The position numbers and the translations under genes are program-made. The notes beneath the pieces were generated by a model. It did not search any database, was not told the DNA's origin, and was given only the letters and a program-made list of their open reading frames with translations. DNA of 63,856 nucleotides, filler included, from Octopus bimaculoides (Eukaryota), in assembly GCF_001194135.2 (NCBI RefSeq). It is 6 parts of 6 records of this genome, joined end to end, with 100 filler letters (N's around TTAATTAATTAA, not from the genome) between each part and the next. Parts side by side here need not be neighbours in the genome. Positions count along the whole stretch, not along the records: positions 1 to 26,451 come from NC_068994.1; 5 more parts are not named here. One strand, 5' to 3'. Shown piece by piece: positions 1-13,431 of the stretch. Numbering within the stretch: position 1 is the stretch's first letter; every line of letters starts with the position of its first letter.

Positions 1-431
1 GAATATACATATGTGTGTTTATGTGTGTATGCATGCGCACACGTGTGTGTGTGTGTGTGTATGTGTGTGCGCTTGTGTGCATGTGTGTGTGATATTATGG
101 TATATTATATCATGCTACAAGATCCTGTAGAAATTCCACAGCCTATTTTTGGCACCTCTGTCAGTAATGCTATCTTGTCGTTTTCATGATAATGCTTCAA
201 TGAATTTCTTGCTATTTACTTAAGAGTACGCATTGATTTAGTAAATATAAGTATACAAAAGTTTGCTAATAATTGAAATAAGATGTGAGCTGTAATATTT
301 ATGATATAGTTTATTGACAGGAAAGAGGTTTCTGTCTGACACTGTATGTTAAATACTTTCTTTTTATGCATTGCAGGTTAAAATATAAAATACACACATT
401 TGAATGCTCAACACAGCAAATGTACAATTCA

Positions 432-960
432 TCATCATCATCATCGTCGTCGTTTAACGTCTGCTTTCCATGCTAGCATGGGTTGGACGATTTGACTGAG
501 GACTGGTGAACCAGATGGCTACACCAGGCTCCAATCTGATTTGGCAGAGTTTCTACAGCTGGATGCCCTTCCTAACGCCAACCACTCCGAGAGTGTAGTG
601 GGTGCTTTTACGTGCCACCGGCACGAAGGCCAGTCAGGCGGTACTGGCAACGGCCACGCTCAAAATGGTGTATTTTACATGCCACCTGCAACGATCTCGC
701 TCAAATGTCTTTACACGTGCCATGCGGCACAAGTGCCAGGAAGGCGATGCTGGGCACAGGTGCCATTGATGGTTTTGCTTTCGCTTGCCCCAATAGGTCT
801 TCGCAAGCCGAGTTTCATTTCCAATGAAGGAGACGATGTTGGCATGGGTGCCAGTCATCGAATTTAATTTGATTTCGATTTTACTTGCCTCAACAGGTCT
901 TCACAAGTGGAGTTTAGCGTCCAATGAAGGAAGGTACATATAAGTGGGCTGGCTGAGGCC
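432..960 (-). mobile_element. SINE/retroelement 3' portion with (GAT)n tail
   Basis: Minus strand ends ...ggcgttaggaagggcatccagctgtagaaac...gacgttaaacgacgacgatgatgatg. The same sequence recurs at 15526-15615 and inverted at 17447-17507. Confidence 0.75.
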
Positions 961-1794
961 TTCGAGGTACAATTACATATATATCTATATAAGAACACAT
1001 GCTCACACAAGTCATAGTTGATGTTAAGATACTAGTGATTGAGGAGGCAGTGGATTTGGTTGTTATAGTAGTGGTGGTGGCAGCAATGATGGTGTTGATA
1101 ATAGCAAATGGATAAAAGAACACAGTGAGGGAGCAATTGAAAGAAAGAGATAACTAAATATGCAGTGATGTTACACAGCAAATCAACTGGAACCCTCGTC
1201 ATCGTAACCAACGAAGTGCCGCCATTACCATATTTGGGACATGACAATAATTTAGTTTATTCTTTTGTATCAAGGAGTTTCCATATCTTTTTTAATTGTC
1301 TTTGATATTTAATTTGAAGCAATATCATTCTTAAAGCCATTAGATTATTAATGTTTCAAGAACTCCTGACTTGTCAACTGATATGTTCACACTCTCTCAT
1401 TGGATGACCATATTTTAGAACAAGGATCCATCACATTTCATTATGATGCAGTACTTAAAATAAAATTTGATACAAAAATATCAAGTTGACTGCATTACAT
1501 TTTATTTATGCACAGTTCAATAAAAATGGGAAGAGTAACTACAGAAGCTTTACTAATAGCAAAATACAACCACAAAAATTAATGCACAGCTATGTCACAT
1601 ATGAAATGTAGCAAGGGCTCTACCAGGGTTTAACTGTTGAATAACTTTAAATTCAGTTATGATGATTTGTCAGTAATACAACATTTCCTTGACTCTTTGT
1701 AATGAAATGCTAAGCATGCAAACAATACATCATTATAACTATTATTTCATTCTGATGATGAGACCCTGTCATATAACCAGTACACTTGGTATTG

Positions 1795-2900
1795 TTTTAT
1801 AGCTCCCTTATAGTATGCACTACCTTGAAGTCTATACCTACTGCTGTCATCTTCTGTAGAGTCTCTCACCAGCTCATGTTAAAGGCTGCTTTGAAGTTGA
1901 TGAAGTTGATCATTGGCTGGCCTAAAACCAAAGTGACGCTCTTCTGTTTTACCTTTCATTCTGAAAACTTGAAATCTTTTGAACTCTTTAATAACCAGTA
2001 ATTATAATAATGAAATCATCCTGGACATTTATTAATCAAATTTTTCATTTAATGTATTTTCCAACATACAAAACAGCATAATATATGTCAAGGTAGATTT
2101 TTCTGTCAAAAACTCAATGTTTAAGTCTATATTCATCATATAAATTGATCCTCCCACTTTTCTCCCAAATAACCATTCTACCAGAGATTTTTATTTCTAG
2201 GTATGTTTTGACTGAACAGACATTTTTGGTGAAAGATTTCGCAACAAGGTGAAAAAAGGTGAAATAAAGAGCAAGTTTCCATGTTTAATTATTTCGACTT
2301 TGATATTCAATATTTGCTTTTATTTGCAATTAAAATCTCACATCAATATGAACAGAAAGTAATTATAAAGAAAATTAATACATACTTAAATTCTTTTTTT
2401 TTTATATGTCATCATGGTAAACTAAGAAGAAACATTCAAACATCATCACTAACTTTTCAAATCCTGCTGCATTTCACATGGAATTCTTTGGTTTTAGTGC
2501 ATAGGTTAGCCTACCTATTTTGCCTATAAATTTCTGCCTGGATATTTTGAACACTATCCTGGAAAATACAGTGTTAGTAAAGAATAAAAAGTTTAGAATG
2601 GTACAACAATGCACTATAAAACAAAAAATGGACTATATACCTGTTGTAATTTGGTTATCTATAGTCCGATGATATTTCAGAATTACAATTCCTTCTTCAG
2701 ATCTTCTTAGCTGGAGTCTCTGCTATAAACTGTTTTCCAACTGTATTACAAACATATAGGTCTCTTCTTTTAGAAATCCATTCTGTTTTCCACAGTATGC
2801 TGAATGTTATGTGTAACAGATTAATGATGAGATCTTTACCAGCTTTTAGTACTTCAAGACCGATGGCATCTCTACTGATGGAAGATTTATGATTTATCAT
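1795..2900 (-). mobile_element. Decayed RTE-like LINE reverse transcriptase fragments
   Basis: 2697-2900 gives ...DAIGLEVLKAGKDLIINLLHITFSILWKTEW (resembles the non-LTR RT N-terminal motif). About 1930-1820 gives QPMINFINFKAAFNMSW*ETLQKM (resembles FVDFKAAFDS). Stops and frameshifts present. Confidence 0.7.
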
Positions 2901-3479
2901 GTCAGTTTATGAGAAGGATGGAAACAGCAGGAAAGAAGAAAAAAAACATAGAGTGCAATGAAAGATAAAGGCAGTAACATGCATTTCAACACAACTGAGG
3001 TACTTCAGTCTTGGCAAGATCCTTTCAGCATTTTAACACTAAATGCCCAAACAACCTGAAGCAATATAAGAAATCCCAGATGGTCCAGCTTATGTGGATA
3101 CTCATGCAGAAATAACAAATGAGGAAAATGAAAACAGGATAAACAGAATGAATATATATATATATATATATATATATAAAGAATATGTAGATATAATAAA
3201 AGAATGTTTATAATAAAAAAGAATATATATGTGTATGTGTGTATATTCTGAAAGTAAAGCCAGAAGAGATGCCACTGAGAATTTTGTGTGGCTTGCTAAT
3301 GATTCTGCCTGCTCAGAATAAATGATAAGGAGGAAATTTGAAATCGAATTTGTAAACTTCAGTACAAATAACAATAAACGTTTTACTTATTTATGAACTA
3401 ATGATGAGCTGATGCATGAACCAAATACAGTCTTCTGAATTAGATTATTCTATCAGTAGAGCAGCACTCCGTTGGTTAG

Positions 3480-3580
3480 TAGAGGTGCATGACTCCGTGG
3501 TTAGAGCATTTGAGTTCACAATCATGAGGTAGTGAGTTCGATTCCCAGACCAAGTTGTGTGTTGTGTTCTTCAACAAGAT
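3480..3580 (+). mobile_element. tRNA-derived SINE head (truncated)
   Basis: A/B-box-like ggtgcatgactccgtggttagagc...gagttcgattccc, similar to copies at 6660-7005 and 8811-9130. Confidence 0.65.
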
Positions 3581-3597
3581 ACTTCATATATATATAT

Positions 3598-3768
3598 GAC
3601 AGGCTTCTTTCAGTTTCTGTCTACCAATTCCACTACTCACAAGGCTTTGGTCATCCTGAGGCTATGGTAGAAGATACTTGCATAAGCTGTCACACAGTGG
3701 GACTGAACCCAGAACCATGTGGCTGGAAAGCAAACTTTTTACCATACAGCCATACCTCCATCTATATG
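3598..3768 (-). mobile_element. tRNA-derived SINE 5' half (CORE-like family)
   Basis: Reverse complement of the family seen full length at 12704-13110. Confidence 0.8.
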
Positions 3769-3809
3769 CAAACATACATACATTCATACATACATACATA
3801 CATGCATAT

Positions 3810-3848
<39 letters not shown>

Positions 3849-5097
3849 CATGTGTGTGTGTGTATATATATATGCATGCTTGTATGCATGTATGTATGTG
3901 TGTATGTATATACACACACAAACACACGCATGCATATATTTGTGTGTGTTTAACTAATATAGTAATAGATATAGATAGATAGTTGTGTACACATTTCTGA
4001 TGGAAGTCTCACTTCATTGCATGTTTATACATTTCAATGCATCGTACTGTACTCTAGTGTATTATAACATTGTCTTTTAAACTGCTTTTATTACAAATAA
4101 AATAATCATCAGCATGATCATCAACATCCTAATTATTATCACCATCATGCTTGATTTTGCATACTGACTGAGATTATTGCATATCTCCTTGACAACTTCT
4201 CTCAATCTCGTCATCAATTTCTTCTAAAAAATAAATAAATAAATAAGTAAATAAAATAAAGTAAAATAAAATGATATAAAATGAAATGAAATGAAAACAA
4301 ACGTTTTATGGTATTGTTGTTGCTGTTGTTGTTGTTGTTTTGAATTTTTTTTTTTTTTCTGTTATCCATTGATAAACCATCAATAATCTGCTAAACTTAC
4401 CTCCCACCTTCTCTCCAAGCCAACCTGCCAGCCAGCCAGCCAACCAGCCAGCCAATTCACCAAACTCACAAACGCTCAACAATAAGAACAGAAGCTAACA
4501 GAGGCAATAAAATTTTTGAATATAAAAATCAAAACAAGGACAAGAAACAAGAATAAAAAGAAAAAAAACCAAACAAGCAAAAAAAAAACAAATCAGAACA
4601 CATGGGAAACTGAATAAAGAAAAGCAGGGTTTTCCGATATCGTTAAAAAAAAAAAAATCGCTTGTCTAAAAGTATAGGAAGGTAGGGACGTATGTGTGCA
4701 TGTATGTGTGTGTATGCATGTGTGTGTGCGTGTGTGTATGTGTGTGCGTGTGCGTGTGCGTTTGGTGTTTCAGTTAATGGTATTTTTCACAATTATTTAT
4801 CGTCGGTTGGCTTTTGATTGGAATTCCTTTGATTTTTGAGATGGAGAAACTCTGATAAGGTAGTGTGCTGCCATTGGTTACTCACTCAAGTTTGGACAAA
4901 CGATAGAAATTGGAAATAAGAATTCATATTATATATATATATATATATGTATCTGTATACATATATATATGTGTGTGTGTGTATATATATATGTATATAT
5001 ATGTATATATGCCCATACAAACACACGTATATATTATTTTCCTTTATTTCACTTCTCTTGCTTGTCGTTTGCATTGCTTTTTTTCTATTTTTTTATT

Positions 5098-5104
5098 CAT
5101 TATT

Positions 5105-5137
<33 letters not shown>

Positions 5138-5425
5138 GTCATCGCCCTTTTCGTTATTATCATTGTCGTCATCATCATCATCATCATCATCATCATGGTC
5201 ATTGTCATGTAGCAGCTATTGTCATGGTTGTTATCATTGTTATCGCTGTCATCGTTTTTATCGTACTCGTTATCGCCATGATCAAAAAATAAGAGAAGAA
5301 CCAATTGCCATTGCTGCAATTGCAATGAAACCTGCATTGGTGCCATTAATATCTGCAGTTATCATCTTCACCACTGCCGGCACCACCATCTCTAACACCA
5401 CCAGCACCATCTCCACCACCACAAC

Positions 5426-5494
<69 letters not shown>

Positions 5495-5615
5495 CATCAT
5501 TATCATCAACATCCTGATCATCAATATCCTCCTCATCATTATCATCATCATCGTCATCGTCGTCGTCGTCGTCATCATTATCATCATCATCATAATCCTT
5601 TTTATCATTATCACG
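5098..5615. repeat. (ATC)n-rich compound microsatellite region
   Basis: Long ATC/GTC/ACC runs at about 5098-5215 and 5425-5600. Confidence 0.9.
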
Positions 5616-6527
5616 AGTGCCATTAACATAGACAATATCAAATTTCCCATTAACATTGTTTGAAATTTTAATTTGTTTCTTCATTGTACAAACAAATAAA
5701 CCTCATTTCATGTATGTATAGGTTTATATATGTATATATATATGTGTGTGTGTGTGCACATATAATATGCACGCATGCACACACACACACACACACACAT
5801 TCAAGCTCAGGCAAACGTATGCCTATATGTTCTGCTGCCTGCATGTATAAAATTATTATGTGCATATACGCATATATGTGTGTGTGTGGGTGGGTGTGTG
5901 TGTGTGACTGTATGTGTACATGTGTGTGTATGATTGTGTACATCTGTTTGTGTATAGTGGGGTGGGATGTACCCTTCACATTTATTCTTAAATCACTTTG
6001 TGTTGGGAGGATTCTGTAATTTATTTCCTCTTATTTAACCTTGAGAAGAAGGGGCAGTACCCACAGTCTTGAACTCATAGTAGGTCAATTTCCGCACAAT
6101 AATATTAATAAGAAGATCATTGAAGAGATTTAGCTTTTGATGAAAGAAATATTCAGATGATTTCTTGTGTAATTTCATGGTGAATATTTTTCTTTAAATA
6201 TTCTAGTTTTTATTCCTATTTATATACAATATATATATATATATATATATANNNNNNNNNNNNNNNNNNNNNNNNNNNNNNNNNNNNNNNNNNNNNNNNN
6301 NNNNNNNNNNNNNNNNNNNNNNNNNNNNNNNNNNNNNNNNNNNNNNNNNNNNNNNNNNNNNNNNNNNNNNNNNNNNNNNNNNNNNNNNNNNNNNNNNNNN
6401 NNNNNNNNNNNNNNNNNNNNNNNNNNNNNNNNNNNNNNNNNNNNNNNNNNNNNNNNNNNNNNNNNNNNNNNNNNNNNNNNNNNNNNNNNNNNNNNNNNNN
6501 NNNNNNNNNNNNNNNNNNNNNNNNNNN

Positions 6528-6572
<45 letters not shown>

Positions 6573-6594
6573 TATATATATACATATATATATG

Positions 6595-6633
<39 letters not shown>

Positions 6634-6659
6634 TTATACACATATGTATACACACACAC

Positions 6660-7005
6660 ATACATGAGGAGACCCCCTTTGGTCATGACTGACCATGGGA
6701 TTGCACCTAGAAAGCTACCCTCCCAGGCACAAGCCCAGGCAAGGTTGTTTATGGAACACCAGCAGTTGCCCATGCATACCGACCTCCCCTCTCCACACCA
6801 CCAGTGTAATCCAAAGGAAAGGCAAAGGCCGATACAGCTTGGAACCTGTGATGTTGCAACTCATTTCTACAACTAAGTGAACTGGAGCAACGTGAAATAA
6901 AGTGTCTTGTTCAAGAATACAACATACAGCCCAGTCTGGGATTTCAAATCACAACCCCACGATTGTAAGCTCGATGCTCTAATTACTGAGCCATGCGCCT
7001 TCACA
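6660..7005 (-). mobile_element. tRNA-derived SINE, near full length
   Basis: Minus strand begins gtgaaggcgcatggctcagtaattagagc... and continues ...caagacactttatttcacgttgctccagttcac, shared with 8811-9130. Confidence 0.8.
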
Positions 7006-7024
7006 TGCACATATATACATAATA

Positions 7025-7205
7025 TATATATATATTCTTTTATTCTGTTACGTATTTCAGTCATTTGACTTCAGCCATGCTGGAGCACTGCCTTAATGTG
7101 TCTTTTAGTCAAAGAAATCAACCCCAGAACTTATTCTTTGTAAGCCTAGTACTTATTCTATCGGTCTCTTATGCCGAACTGATAAGTGGCAGGGGATGTA
7201 AACAC
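7025..7205 (-). mobile_element. SINE 3' tail module
   Basis: Reverse of gctccagcatggccgcagtcaaatgactgaaac...aagtaaaagagt. The module recurs at about 10010-10200, 10590-10770, 13190-13270, 13890-14040, 17290-17445, 26075-26205, 33655-33730 and 58370-58540. Confidence 0.8.
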
Positions 7206-7208
7206 ATA

Positions 7209-7285
7209 TGGCATAGTGGTTAAAAGCGCAGCCTACTAACCCCAAGATTCTGAGTTTGATTCCAGGCAGTGACCTGAATAATAAT

Positions 7286-7334
<49 letters not shown>

Positions 7335-7415
7335 GCAACAACAACAACAACAACAGCAACAACATTGAAAAATACCTTAGCAATGAGAACCCAGGTTCGA
7401 AATTTCCCCAAGACA
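7209..7415 (+). mobile_element. tRNA-headed SINE with internal (AAC)n tract, 3' truncated
   Basis: tggcatagtggttaaaagcgcagcctactaacc...gagtttgattcc head, then an (AAC)n run, then gaaaaataccttagcaatgagaacccaggttcgaaatttcccc. Confidence 0.65.
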
Positions 7416-7449
7416 CAAACTTTGTTTTATATATATAGATATATACAAT

Positions 7450-7565
7450 GGGCTTCTTTCAGTTTCCATCTACCAAATCCCCTCACAAGGTGCCACACAG
7501 TGGGACTGAACCCACAACCATGTGATTGGGAAGCAAACTTCTTACCACACAGCCAAGCGTGTGCC
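7450..7565 (-). mobile_element. CORE-like SINE 5' fragment
   Basis: Same family as 12704-13110, inverted. Further inverted copies at 10250-10410, 10900-11060 and 26570-26665. Confidence 0.75.
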
Positions 7566-8536
7566 TTTTGATCATAAGTCAAAAGCCATGTACACTAAGC
7601 CATGTGTTTTTACAGAGCTTATTCATATATCTAAGATTTCTCTGTTCAATGTGTCAGCCTACTGATACATTAAGATATTAGGGTGTCAGTTGAGGGAGAC
7701 TTGGCTGCTATTTCTAACAGATAAAATGACCATATAGAGCCAGTGACTAATTGACTCTACTAAACCCAGACAAAAATTGGATGTATCTGGTTAATAGAAA
7801 TTGGTGTTCTTACATGCAATTATGCATTTAGAATACTTTGACAGAAAATATTGAAATTTACCCACTTTTGATAGCATGGCATCAATCCTTCATCTTTTAT
7901 ATCTCTGAATATATTAGGAAAAAAAAATGTATTCTGCAAAGCAATGTTGTAAGCTTTCTGGTGATCCTAACAGTTGTCTACAGTTAAAGCCTTCTGCCAC
8001 CAAAACTCATCAGATAATAATAACAACTTAATACATCCACTGAGAGAAGAAGCCTGAGGCTTGTACAAGGAAGATAGCATTTTGTTTCATATATGGTATT
8101 TACTTGGGAAAAATGCATCATGGTCACAAGTGATGCTCAAAACTACTTTGGATTGCATTGAAATTATGTTGGTCTGATGGCAATCTGAAATACTATGTTA
8201 TCCAACATGGAGACCTAATGCCTATGTAGGAAATCAAATAGGTTTCTTCTGATTGGAATCAAATATATGTTTTCGTATCATTTTTAGTGATGTAGTTGTA
8301 AATACCTCAGTAATAGTCAGTCTTTTTATTTGTGAGAAACTATTGTGAAAATAGGAAAGTAATTGCAAAGAATTCATTATAAAAGTACAAATCAAAATAA
8401 TAAAAAAGAAACAGCTTCACAATTGTAGTCATATAGATTTGACTTTTATTAATAAAGTAAAATACATGTCTCCTGCTATAACCTCAGTTCAAGCAAAACC
8501 TCATGAGTGGATTTGGTAGACAGAAACTGAAAAAAA

Positions 8537-8760
8537 GGCTGCAAGCTGGCAGAAACGCTAGCACGCCGAGCAAAATGCTTAGTTGTATTTCATCTGCCAT
8601 TATGTTCTCAGTTCAAATTCTGCCAAGGTTGACTTTGCCTTTCATCCTTTCGGGATGAATTAAGTACCAGTTACGCACTGGAGTCGATGTAACCGACTTA
8701 ATCTCTTTGTCTGTCCTTGTTTGTCCCCTCTAGCCCCTTGTGGGCAATAAAGAAATAAGA
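8537..8760 (+). mobile_element. tRNA-derived SINE (second family, Meta-domain-like core) nested in a CORE-like SINE
   Basis: gctggcagaaacgctagcacgcc...gactttgcctttcatcctttcggg...aagtaccag...gggcaataaagaaataaga. Flanked by near-duplicated gaaactgaaa/gaagctgaaa. The domain name is from memory and unverified. Confidence 0.8.
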
Positions 8761-8810
8761 AGCTGAAAGAAGCTCATCATATGTGTGTGTCTGTGTGTGG
8801 TCTATGTGCG

Positions 8811-9130
8811 TGTGAAGGCCTGTGGCTTAGTGCTTCGAGTATTCAGCTCACGATCATAAGACCGTGAGTTCAATTCCCAGCAACACATCGTATCCTTGAG
8901 CATGACACTTTATTTCACATTGCTCCAGTGCACTCAGCTAGCAAAAAAGAGTAGTACCTGCATTTCAAAGGGCCAGCCTTGTCACACTCTGTGTCAGTGA
9001 ACGTGAACTACGTTAAGTATCCACATGTGTGTGGAGTGCTTAGCCACTTGCATGTGAATTTCACAAAAAGGTTGTTCCATTGATTGGATCAACTGAAACC
9101 TTTGTCATCATAATCAACAGTGTGCCAGTG
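8811..9130 (+). mobile_element. tRNA-derived SINE
   Basis: gtgaaggcctgtggcttagtg... head and ttgagcatgacactttatttcacattgctccag core. Confidence 0.75.
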
Positions 9131-9213
9131 CCATATATACATATGTGTGTGTGTTTAACATACTTCTCCATATTTCCAGAACTTTAACAAACACATTCAA
9201 CAATGATAAAGGG

Positions 9214-9635
9214 TGTAGGGAAGTGGTTATACACCATTAGGTGTACACCGCTTCCGTACATTAAATTTCTAGAAGAAACAACGGAACGCAGATTCTGAAC
9301 AACATAACAATATTTATTTACAGTGGAATTCAGTTCACGCTTGGAGGGAATTCGGTAGCTCGTCGCCCTCGGTTACTGAGACGCCTTCTGAATGATTTCC
9401 GTGGTTATTTGTGAAGCTCTGGTGCTGACATGTGAGAGAGCTCTGTTGGACGTCTTGGCTCGACGGAGATCAGTCAACGAAGAGACTGAGAAAAGGCACC
9501 AAAGCTGGGTGTCGAACTCTACGCATGCGCATGAGACTCTTCCTGTATTCCTTCTGGAACTAGTCCCTGTGCATGCATGGATAAAACTCCGGACATTGAA
9601 CATATAACAGTCGTCTGCTATAAGATGTCACTACA
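9214..9635 (-). mobile_element. Solo LTR (Gypsy-like), 422 bp
   Basis: TGTAG...CTACA termini and 4-bp TSD aggg (9210-9213 and 9636-9639). AATAAA on the minus strand near 9315. Confidence 0.85.
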
Positions 9636-10212
9636 AGGGAAACTTTGCCTAGATGTGCATTAAGCATGTTAGAAGAGACTAATATATGCAATATAATTTT
9701 CATCTGTCTTTACATTCTGATTTCAAATATCATTGTGGTCGACGATGCTTTTCATCTTTTCATAATCAATAAAATAAATACCAGTTGATCACTGGGGTCG
9801 ATGTCATCGACATCTTTTCTCCCAAAATTGCTGGCCTTGTGCCAAAATTATTCAATATAGTGAGCCAAAATTATTCAATATAATGAGCCAAAATTATCCT
9901 TAATCATTCGAAAAATAACACTTATAATGTGAAAAAAAACTGTTTGCACTGTTGACCATTTCTGCCAAAATAGCAAGTGAGGTGGTGGGAACTCTAGAAT
10001 TCGTATTTACCTTTTACTTGTTTCAGTCATCAGACTGCGGCCATGCTGGGGCACCGACTTGAGGAATTCTTTTAGTTGAATGTATCAACCACCAGTACTT
10101 ATTTTATTTTTAAGCCTGATACTTAGTCTATCAGTCTCTTTTGCTGAACCACTGAGTTATGGGGACATAAACACATCAACACTGACTGTCCAGTCGTGGT
10201 GGGGAGCAAACA

Positions 10213-10256
<44 letters not shown>

Positions 10257-12703
10257 AGGGGACTTCTGTCAAATCCACTCACAAGGCTTTTATCATCCCA
10301 AGGCTATAGTAGAAGACACTTGCACCAAGGCACCACGCAGTGGAACTGAACCTAGAACCATGTGGCTGCGGAACAAGCTTCTTACCACGCAACCATACCT
10401 GCACCTATGAAAAACTAATTGCATAGTAGACTGCTGCAGAGGACTGAACCTGTACCTCTCAAACCCCAATTGCATGTGCTGTACCATTAAGCTTAATGAC
10501 CTACAACAATTAACTGCTTAACAATAAAGCAGGAGAGGTTGAGGAAAGTTATAGAATGACACTTTACTAAGCTATTTTTCTTTCTCTCGATTCAGTCATT
10601 GGGCCGCAGCTATGCTGGGGTACCACCTTGAAGGATATATAGACAAACAGATCGATGCCAATACTTGCTCTTGAGTCTTGTTCTTATTTTATTGGTCGCT
10701 TTTACTGAGCCACTGAATTATGATTATGTAAACAGACCAACAACAGTCGTCAAATGGAAGAGTGGACAAATACAAACACAACAGACACATATGTGTGTGC
10801 ATATATACAGATACATATATATATATATATATATGTACATACATTCATTTTTGGTCTCCTACATGTATATATGCATACACACACACACACACATGTATAC
10901 GATGGTTTTCCACATGATCATTTCTGTCTACAAATTCACTCGTAACGCAGTGGTTGGCCCAGAACTAAATTAGAAAGCACTTGCCCAAGAAGCCATGCAA
11001 TTAAACTGAACATTAACCCACTTAGTTACAAAAGCATGTTTCTTAACCATGCAGCTATGCTTGCTTGTTCAAGCTTTGTGAAAAATAACTAGACTTCAAG
11101 AAAAGGATTAGTAAAATTTGTGAAATTATAATGCAATTTCTGACACATATTATTTTAAAAGTTGCGTGATGTTCATTGACTTATACTAAAATTTGTGTTA
11201 AACCATTGTTCTTATCAACAACTCAGTCATTTGTATTTTCACAATTCTATACATACAACTGAAATTATCTGCCACAAATTATCTCTCACAAATATATATA
11301 ATTATTCTACATACAGGTGAACTGAAATATTTTCTTTATTACAGTAATACTTCAATATCCATATTCTATGTCTGTCTATCTCAGAACAAACCTCAAGCAC
11401 CAATAGCAAATATTTTCCAAATGTCTACTCTGTTGATTCAAATAAATAGCTGTCATTAGACAAAAGACAAATAGTAGATATTCTGAATGAGATAAAAGAA
11501 AATGTATAGAGTTCATATGTTATAAATCATATAGAAAGTATATAGAAGATTGTCTCTATAAAATGAATGGAAAGGAAGTAGTGAAGAAAGACCTATAGAT
11601 AACTGAAAGAAAATTACTTAAAAGTTATGAAAATGTTTCTAAATAAACAATAGTTAACCATTATCTGTGAACAGGATGTAAAGGAAATATTTAGAAGGTA
11701 ACTTCTTGATTCTCCCATTTGAAAATAACAGCATTAGCTTAATAAAGTCAAATAAATGTTTACAGTCCATAATCTATAATATCTAATTGAGAAAACTGTT
11801 TTACTTCAATGACGACAAAGTATAAAAGAGAAGACAGAGAATGAGAGAGAGAAAGCGAGAGAGAGGGTGAGAGAGTGAAAGAGTGAGAGAGAGAAGGTGA
11901 AAGAAAGATGGGGGAGAGAGAAAATATTGACCAGTTTTATTGACAGAGATTTGGTGATTAAAATGAAAAGGTTATATTGAATGGAAACATTAAAAGTCTG
12001 TTAAACAAGAGCTATATTGAACAAAATATATAACTGTGCTGCTTTTATTATATCTTTAAAGACATCACTGTTGACCTTAAAATGTCAGTTAATTTTGGAA
12101 GTGATATATGATCAATTACTGATTGCAAATTTCAGCAGAGAAAATTATGATAAACAAAATAGATAATGTTATATAGTTTGAATAGATTTTGGCATAATGA
12201 GAAATATACATAACTGATGTAATAGAAATAATGAATAACATTCTTATGTATTGTATTAGTATATTGAAATACTGAGGAAAATATGTTGTACATTAAAAGT
12301 TTATACATACATACATAAACTTATACATGCATGCATACATACATACATACATACATACATACATCATACATACATATACACACACAAATACATACATAGC
12401 ATAATAACTTGTGAGAAAATTTGATAGATGGAAACTGTGTGGAAGCCCATCGTTTGTGTGTACACAAGTGTTTTTATGTTCATGCACCTCATCGTTACAC
12501 AATTTCACAAGCAGTGTTGGTTTGTTTACATCCATGAAACTTGGCAGTTTGGCAAGACAATTTCATAGAATTAGTACCAAGCTTTAGAAACAAATACTGA
12601 AATAAATTTGTTTCACTAAATCCTTGAAGGCAGTGCCCCAGTATAGCCACAGTCTAATGAGTGAAGTGAGTAAAAGATGAAAAATAAAATTTAAAAAGTT
12701 ATA

Positions 12704-13110
12704 GGTGCAGGAGTGGCTGTGTGGTAAAGTAGCTTGCTTACCAACCACATGGTTCCGGGTTCTGTCCCACTGCGTGGCATCTTGGGCAAGTGTCTTCTAC
12801 TATAGCCTTGGTCCGACCAAGGCCTTGTGAGTGGATTTGGTAGATGGAAACTGAAAGAAGCCCGTCGTATATAGGTATATATATATATATACGTATGTGC
12901 ATGTTTGTGTGTCTGTGTTTGGCCCCCTAGCATTGCTTGACAACCGATGCTGGTGTATTTACATCCCCGTAACTTAGCGGTTCAGCAAAATAGACCGATA
13001 GAATAAGTACTAGCCTTACAAAGAATAAGTCCCGGGGTCGATTTGCTCGACTAAAGGCAGTGCTCCAGCATGGCCGCAGTCAAATGACTGAAACAAGTAA
13101 AAGAGTAAGA
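12704..13110 (+). mobile_element. Full-length tRNA-derived CORE-like SINE with 3' tail module
   Basis: gcaggagtggctgtgtggtaa...ccgggttctgtccc head, cttgggcaagtgtcttctactatagcc core, AT/GT microsatellite, tail ending aagtaaaagagt. Confidence 0.85.
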
Positions 13111-13389
13111 AGAGAGAGAGTAATGCACAGTAATATGTACGACTGTTAAATGATAATCACTGTTGTATTTATCTATTCTTTTATGTTTTGTTTGTTTCAG
13201 TCCTTGGACTGTGGCCATGCTGGAGCACTGTCTTAGAAAGGTTTTAGTTAAACAAATCAACTCCGGAACCTATCTTTTATCTGCTGCTTGTTTTACAGAT
13301 CTCTTTTACTGGAATTCTATACAATCCAACACCATTTGTCAAGTGGTGGTTGTGGTGGTAGAAGCAGCAGCAGTGGTAGCAGCAAAGGT

Positions 13390-13431
<42 letters not shown>

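Noticed and set aside
5346-5684. Poly-Asp/Gly ORF reminiscent of acidic shell-matrix proteins
   Set aside because: It is the translation of an (ATC)n tract. Overlapping frames give poly-Ile, His, Ser and Met equally well, and there is no signal peptide or splice support.
7209-7272. tRNA-like sequences here and at other SINE heads
   Set aside because: They run straight into SINE bodies and lack a complete acceptor stem.
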